NCBI GenBank assembly: GCA_040772365.1
Contig: JAXGYI010000006.1
Coordinates: 4,014-68,013, forward strand
DNA from: Candidatus Moraniibacteriota bacterium
Lineage (GTDB): Bacteria > Patescibacteriota > Minisyncoccia > Moranbacterales > GCA-2747515
Length of the DNA: 64,000 bases
Reading direction: 5' to 3'
Part shown: piece by piece, positions 58,334 through 64,000 of the stretch
Numbering within the stretch: position 1 is the first letter of the stretch
Layout: each line of letters opens with the position of its first letter
Program-made: the position numbers and the translations under genes
The notes under the pieces: model-generated
Databases searched by the model: none
The model's input: only the letters and a program-made list of their open reading frames with translations
Told to the model about the DNA's origin: nothing

Positions 58334-59908
58334 TTATGCTGTACCACCCATCAGTTGTGTGGCATAGGAGAGGAGCTCAGACGATGTGGCGGTGTTTTCC
58401 GTTGAGGCGCCAACAGAGACGGTAATTTTGAGGGTGCGCTCACAGTGCTCACAGAGGGCAGTTTCAATGATTTTGCGATTGGCGTGCTCGGTAATTTTAT
58501 CTTTATGGAAAGCATATGGTACGGTAATATTGATCGTGTTTTCGTCGGCGACGCAAGCAGTGCATTGCGTGAGGAGTTGTGCTAGTGTCTTGTGCTGTGT
58601 ATTAAGCCCAGTGATGCATGCGTGCCACGCATCGGCGAATGTTGTCGCATCCAAAGACTGCTGTTGCGTAGTATTGTGGGAGGTGGTAGGCACACTGTGG
58701 AGCGTTGTATGTTTTGACGGTGCTGTTGCGGTGCGGGGGGTAGCAGCGGTTTTTTGCGGTGTCGCTGCTTGACGTGGTGCTGTAGATGGTGGCTGCTGTG
58801 CAGTGGGAGGGCTGGAGATATGTGTACAGATTCGTACCACGGCAACTTCCAAAGGCAGTTGCGGAATTGTTGTGGCACGGGACTTGGTGAGTGCTGTAGT
58901 GCATTCCTCAATCATGAAGATGATTTGTGCACTTGTGAGATGGCGTGTGTATGCGCGTAGCTGTGTGAGATCGCTGTGGGTGACGGAGAGGAGGTTTGTC
59001 ATTGCGTCATCATGTGTGTCAGCGGTAACAGAGATGTAGAGCATGGTTCGCAGATGAACGATGACTGCCCGGGTGAATGTCTCAATGTTGTAACCATCTG
59101 CGGCAACGCGTGTAACGACGCCTAAAGCGTCCATAGTTGCACCCTTACTGATCGCTTCTACAAACGCCATAAGATCTTGAGCGTCTGTTGTGCCGAGGAT
59201 GCGACCAACCTCTGCAACAGTGATATGTTTATCTTCAAGGGCAAAAACTTGTGCAAGGAGACTTTCGGCATCGCGCATGCCGCCATCTGCTGCAAGGGCA
59301 ATCATCTCTACAGCCTCCGCCGCAATTTTTACTTTCTCCTTCTTGGCAATTATCGTGAGCTTGCGCACAATCTCATTGAGAGGGAAGCGCGCAAAGTCAA
59401 ATCGTTGGCATCGTGATGTAATTGTTGCCGGTACCTTATGGATATCTGTTGTAGCGAGAATAAAAATCACGTGCGCGGGTGGTTCTTCTAGTGTTTTGAG
59501 GAGTGCATTAAATGCACCAGTGGAGAGCATATGCACCTCATCAATAATGTAAACCTTATAGCGCGCCTCAGATGGTGCAAGAGCAACGGTTTCTCGTAGG
59601 CTGCGAATATTATCTACGCCGGTATGGGACGCTGCATCAATTTCGATAATATCAAGAGACTGTCCTTGCGCAAGGCGATCACGGATGTCGTCGGGCATGG
59701 GTGTGCCATCTGCGCGTGTGGCATTGACAGCATCGGCAAAAATACGCGCTAATGTTGTCTTGCCGGTGCCACGCGGTCCGGTAAAGAGATAGGCATGTGC
59801 AATACGGTCTGCACGAATGGCATTTTGCAGTGTAGTAACAATATGCTCTTGTCCAATGACATCAGCAAATTTTTTGGGACGGTAGGCGCGGTAGAGTGTT
59901 GCAGACAT
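58334..59908 (-). CDS. dnaX: DNA polymerase III subunit gamma/tau
   Basis: LYR.YRP..F..V.GQ, GPRGTGKT, EIDAAS, IIDEVHML, SRC. Confidence 0.97.
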   Translation of the reverse strand: MSATLYRAYRPKKFADVIGQEHIVTTLQNAIRADRIAHAYLFTGPRGTGKTTLARIFADAVNATRADGTPMPDDIRDRLAQGQSLDIIEIDAASHTGVDNIRSLRETVALAPSEARYKVYIIDEVHMLSTGAFNALLKTLEEPPAHVIFILATTDIHKVPATITSRCQRFDFARFPLNEIVRKLTIIAKKEKVKIAAEAVEMIALAADGGMRDAESLLAQVFALEDKHITVAEVGRILGTTDAQDLMAFVEAISKGATMDALGVVTRVAADGYNIETFTRAVIVHLRTMLYISVTADTHDDAMTNLLSVTHSDLTQLRAYTRHLTSAQIIFMIEECTTALTKSRATTIPQLPLEVAVVRICTHISSPPTAQQPPSTAPRQAATPQKTAATPRTATAPSKHTTLHSVPTTSHNTTQQQSLDATTFADAWHACITGLNTQHKTLAQLLTQCTACVADENTINITVPYAFHKDKITEHANRKIIETALCEHCERTLKITVSVGASTENTATSSELLSYATQLMGGTA

Positions 59909-59980
59909 AGTAAAACAGCATTAATAATCACATGATCACATTTCTCGTGTCATTATAGCATAGTGCGAATGCATGGTGGG

Positions 59981-60613
59981 TTATTTTTTGAATACGATGA
60001 ATTTATATCCCAAAAAGTTCCATATCATGGAGGCTACAGTTGCTACACCGGCAGCAATCTGCGCTAGCTGCTGCGGCGTTACTACTTGCGTGCCGGTAAA
60101 AATCTGAACAATAAACCATGTCAGGCTTACATTGATCGCCGCGCCGATGACACTTACTGTGAGAAAGAGTGCCATTTCATTGGCGGTGCTTTTATCAGGT
60201 GCATTAAATGTCCAGTATTTATTCCACAAATATCCACCAATGACAGCAACACCAAAGGATGTTGCTTTAAATAATGCAATTGCGGATCCGGCATAGACCT
60301 GTGTTGTTAGCATGAGGAGGCTATAGACACCCCAGTCGAGGAATGTGTTGAACGCGCCGACGGCAGCGAATTTTGCAAGCTGTAAGACAACAGGAATGCG
60401 TGTGGCGATGAGACCTGCAATAGCAAGGGCGCCCATAGCCATCAGAACAAAAAAGATGATCATGCCCACGATGACGGGGAGGGAGAGGTGGATAAATGGT
60501 AAATTGAGGTTTGTGAGGATGGGGATGGCAAATAATGCAAATGCTGCGCCAATAAAAGCAACAAAAGAAAAATCTCGCCGCGTTAATTGTGGTGCGGTAA
60601 ATGACTGTGACAT
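59981..60613 (-). CDS. GtrA family protein
   Basis: KF..VG..NT..D, N.YWTF, WNF...K..VFK. Confidence 0.9.
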   Translation of the reverse strand: MSQSFTAPQLTRRDFSFVAFIGAAFALFAIPILTNLNLPFIHLSLPVIVGMIIFFVLMAMGALAIAGLIATRIPVVLQLAKFAAVGAFNTFLDWGVYSLLMLTTQVYAGSAIALFKATSFGVAVIGGYLWNKYWTFNAPDKSTANEMALFLTVSVIGAAINVSLTWFIVQIFTGTQVVTPQQLAQIAAGVATVASMIWNFLGYKFIVFKK

Positions 60614-60643
60614 AAACATCAAATATAGATAGGTGATTTACTA

Positions 60644-61393
60644 CTAATCATCGGTTGCGCGCTTCATCTCATTGCGAATTTCCTGCTCAATCTCATCAAT
60701 GGACGGCACCCATTCATCAATAATGTCGTTCTGTGCAGTATTGGATGACTCTGTGGATCCAGTGAGTATTTCCGTTGCGGTTTTTGGGGTTGTGTTTTCT
60801 GGTGTGTCATGTGGTGTAAGCGCACTGAATGATGGCGGTGTTGTACCGGAAGGGGCATGCTGTAAGATTGCTTCAATAGATGCCCACGTCGCATTGGGAT
60901 CTTGCGATGTAACAATTGCAACCTCATCACCTGGCTCGGCGCCGAAATAGGTAATGGATGCGAGGAGGATGCGGTAAGGCTTGCCGTCAGCAACGACAAA
61001 ATAGTTGTTGCTGGCGTCTTGTCCGACAATGCCAATTTTGTTTTGGCGCGGAACAGGACCGATTTGTTTGTAAATAAATGATCCATCTGGTACGATCGTG
61101 AGCTTGAGGAAGTCGCCCTCTACAAGCTTGGATTTAGACGCGTAGTTTGCTGGTACAGGATATTGCTTGCCGTTTGTGCCAATCATTAATTGTCCGTCAA
61201 ATGTGCCTTGCACGACATTGCCCTCGTTTTCTTCTGTTTTACGGCGACGCCCAACACGCTTCTTTCCTTCAATTTGGAGAAGCATGGATTTGGCGCTCTG
61301 GATGGTTTGCTCTGCGCTAGTGATCATGTCGCGCAGTGCTTGGATTTTTTGCACCTTCTCCTCGTCAGAAAGTTGTGTAATTTCGTCAGACAT
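60644..61393 (-). CDS. Conserved hypothetical protein (CPR-type)
   Basis: G.FDG..M...G..YPVPANYASKSKLVEGD..KL. Confidence 0.8.
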   Translation of the reverse strand: MSDEITQLSDEEKVQKIQALRDMITSAEQTIQSAKSMLLQIEGKKRVGRRRKTEENEGNVVQGTFDGQLMIGTNGKQYPVPANYASKSKLVEGDFLKLTIVPDGSFIYKQIGPVPRQNKIGIVGQDASNNYFVVADGKPYRILLASITYFGAEPGDEVAIVTSQDPNATWASIEAILQHAPSGTTPPSFSALTPHDTPENTTPKTATEILTGSTESSNTAQNDIIDEWVPSIDEIEQEIRNEMKRATDD

Positions 61394-61529
61394 AATTTTT
61401 GCATGTATTTTTATTTCTAGTTGCAGTATAGCGCATAACGGATGAATGCGCAAATGGTGTGCATGCAAGGCTTGCATCACATCGCGATGGTGGTATTATT
61501 GGTAGGATAATCATGCTACACGGGAGACC

Positions 61530-62702
61530 ATGGGCAAGACATTTTTCATCAAGACATTTGGATGTCAGCAAAACACGGCGGATAGCGAGCGCATACGACA
61601 GTACTATCTGGAGCGTGGTGCTGTGCCTGTGTCCACGGAGCAGGATGCGGATATTGTTGTGGTGAATAGCTGCATGATTCGTGGTATGGCGGAGGAGAAG
61701 GTCTACGGTTATGTGCGCAATGTACGCATGCACGCCAAAAGCAACGGACGCACACAAGAAGTCATACTAACAGGGTGTATTGTCGGTGCAGCGGGGCGTG
61801 AGCCGAGCGGTGCATTGCAAAAAACACTTGCGCGCCGATTGCCAGATGTAACGTTGATGCCGACGGAGAGCATTGCCGCATCTCGTCCGCGTCGTGCGCC
61901 GGGATCACATGCATGGGTGTCCATTTCCAACGGGTGCAACAATTTTTGCAGTTATTGTATTGTGCCGTTTGCGCGCGGCAAAGAGAAATCACGCCCATTT
62001 GATGCCATTCTTGCGGATGTGCGCCATGCGGTTACTGCGGGTTACACATCGTTGACGCTCGTGGGACAAAACGTTAATTCCTACGGCGCAGACCTTGTGC
62101 GCAACAACATCGATGCATACACTTTGCCCGATGGCACGATCGTTGCGCCCGTCATGGTGGACCATCTTGGCAAGACGCGCATTCCCACGCTTTTTCCGCA
62201 TCTTCTGGAGGCTGTGGCGCAAACATCCGGTGTTCGCACAGTGACATTCACCAGCTCCAATCCGTGGGATTTCTCTGATACGCTGATTGACGTGATTGCC
62301 CGCAATACCACCATTGATCGCATGATCCACTTGCCGGTGCAGTCGGGTAGCGATACAGTGCTTGCGGCAATGCGGCGGTGGTATACTGCGGAGGATTTTG
62401 AACAACTCACGCAACGCATTGTTGCAGCAGTGCCAGATGCGACATTTGCTACAGACATCATTGTAGGGTTTCCCGGTGAGACAGAAGACGATTTTCAAAA
62501 GACTGTAGACCTTGTCACGCGGGTTGGATTTGTGAAAGCTTTTATCGGGTGCTATTCGCCACGCCCCGGCACTCATGCCGCAACGCATCTTCCCGACACG
62601 ATTCCGTGGGCGGAAAAAAAGCGCCGCTGGCACATCATTAATACGCTGATTAACAAAGCCAACCAAGGCGCGACGTATGATAAGGATTGGGTGCGGCGGT
62701 GA
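61530..62702 (+). CDS. miaB: MiaB-like tRNA methylthiotransferase lacking TRAM domain
   Basis: TFGCQ.N..DSE, NSC, GC, GCNNFCSYCIVP..RG.E.SR, HLPVQSG, TDIIVGFPGET. Confidence 0.8.
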   Translation: MGKTFFIKTFGCQQNTADSERIRQYYLERGAVPVSTEQDADIVVVNSCMIRGMAEEKVYGYVRNVRMHAKSNGRTQEVILTGCIVGAAGREPSGALQKTLARRLPDVTLMPTESIAASRPRRAPGSHAWVSISNGCNNFCSYCIVPFARGKEKSRPFDAILADVRHAVTAGYTSLTLVGQNVNSYGADLVRNNIDAYTLPDGTIVAPVMVDHLGKTRIPTLFPHLLEAVAQTSGVRTVTFTSSNPWDFSDTLIDVIARNTTIDRMIHLPVQSGSDTVLAAMRRWYTAEDFEQLTQRIVAAVPDATFATDIIVGFPGETEDDFQKTVDLVTRVGFVKAFIGCYSPRPGTHAATHLPDTIPWAEKKRRWHIINTLINKANQGATYDKDWVRR

Positions 62703-62795
62703 GTGAAAGGACGCGATAGGTGGGATGATGGTGAGGGCATGGATTGTGTGGTATAGTACACAATGACGTGTAATGACTTATGTAGTGTGAAAGAT

Positions 62796-63347
62796 ATGCA
62801 GCAGCAACAGATAATGACGCCCTATTCACGCGACGTGGTGTTTTTTGATGCGGAATTTACGGGACATGATCTCATGCGCGACCACCTCATGTCCGTGGGG
62901 ATGGTGTCGCTGGATGGGACGCGGGAGATGTATTGTGAATTGGCATACGATCCGGCGCAAATCAGTGCGTGGGTGCGCGATAATGTGGTGCCACACCTTG
63001 TCGGTAATGCAGTGTCGCACGAGGAGGCACGCACGCAAATCCGTGCATTTTGCGGTAATACCGAACCACACTTAGTGGCAACGGTCAACCACTACGATAT
63101 GGCGTATTGGCACAAGCTATTTGATGGCGAGAAAGAACCGATTCACAGTATTCCGATTGATTTCGCTTCCATGTTGTTTGCCGTGGGATTATCGCCGGCG
63201 CGCGAGATTGGCGGGGAAAAGCGACAGTTCTATGCGCAATTTGGTATTGATGTGGATGCCTACAAATTGCACAACGCGCTGGATGACGCCAAGCTGATGC
63301 GTGATCTCTATGTACGTCTGGCGGGAACGGAAGCGCATCGTGTATAA
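62796..63347 (+). CDS. DEDDh 3'-5' exoribonuclease family protein
   Basis: FFDAEF, YD, HNALDDA. Confidence 0.85.
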   Translation: MQQQQIMTPYSRDVVFFDAEFTGHDLMRDHLMSVGMVSLDGTREMYCELAYDPAQISAWVRDNVVPHLVGNAVSHEEARTQIRAFCGNTEPHLVATVNHYDMAYWHKLFDGEKEPIHSIPIDFASMLFAVGLSPAREIGGEKRQFYAQFGIDVDAYKLHNALDDAKLMRDLYVRLAGTEAHRV

Positions 63348-63385
63348 TACTAAGGTGAAGTGTAATTGTCTTAACTAAAAATTCT

Positions 63386-63766
63386 ATGACGGAACGCAAT
63401 CAGATCTATCGCTGCACTATTTGCGGCAATATTGTGGAGGTGCACCATGCAGGTGCCGGTGAGCTGGTGTGTTGCGGGCAGCCGATGACACTCTTGCACG
63501 TCAACACCGAGGACGCATCTACGGAGAAGCACGTGCCGGTGATTGTGCGCGACGGCGAGCACATTATTGTAAAAATCGGCGAAACGCCGCATCCGATGGA
63601 AAGCGATCACTACATTGAGTGGGTGACGCTCGTGTCGGAAAACAAGACAAAGACAGTTTACCTCTCTCCTGAGGATCAGCCAGAGGCGATCTTTTGCACA
63701 TCATCCGAACCTGTGGCGGCATACGCATATTGCAATTTGCACGGTTTGTGGATGGCGCGCGAGTAG
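63386..63766 (+). CDS. dfx: Desulfoferrodoxin (superoxide reductase)
   Basis: C..CGN...CCG, EKHVP, HPM...HYI.W, YCNLHG. Confidence 0.95.
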   Translation: MTERNQIYRCTICGNIVEVHHAGAGELVCCGQPMTLLHVNTEDASTEKHVPVIVRDGEHIIVKIGETPHPMESDHYIEWVTLVSENKTKTVYLSPEDQPEAIFCTSSEPVAAYAYCNLHGLWMARE

Positions 63767-64000
63767 GCAGGCGATGTGCGCACAAAATGGGACTGATTTT
63801 GCAAAATGAGGATCCTACGAGGATTTTACGAGTGAAAATCCTATTAGGAAAATCTGAAATAGTTGGAAAAATACGGTAAACCCATAAAAGAGGTCTATTA
63901 TTGTATAGTGCATGTGTACACAGTATACATCTTTACTTTTTCACACGTTTGTAGTATGCTAGGCAGAGTTAATCGCAAGAGTGATAATCTATGAAAATTT

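Overview
Bacterial chromosomal window. Its gene set (minimal housekeeping genes, type IV pilin cluster, conserved hypotheticals, mostly SD-less starts) suggests Patescibacteria/CPR, Parcubacteria-like; this is inferred, not proven. The backbone carries rmuC, envelope glycosylation genes, valS, tsaD, an ECF sigma factor, polyprenyl/UPP synthases, pilins and pilD, ligA, gatCA, sufCBD, a peroxiredoxin, recG, a P-type ATPase, dnaX, a miaB-like gene, a superoxide reductase and five tRNAs. An AT-richer ~15 kb island (about 41.9-56.9 kb) follows tRNA-Ser(CGA). It encodes a large serine recombinase, a terminase pair with no capsid genes, a truncated DNA methylase and an 801-aa Zn-ribbon/PD-(D/E)XK protein. 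It also carries a candidate RiPP-like locus: three radical SAM enzymes (one with SPASM plus a PqqD-like C-terminus), an RNHCP protein, a YkgJ-type Cys-cluster protein and a 38-aa Lys-rich peptide missed by the ORF track. Non-coding highlights are a C4/CI-like cis-antisense RNA switch with a uORF in the island, a promoter-driven ~196-nt 6S-like RNA, and a shared boxA-like + strong-SD leader on accessory genes. All product calls come from motif recognition by eye; no searches were run.
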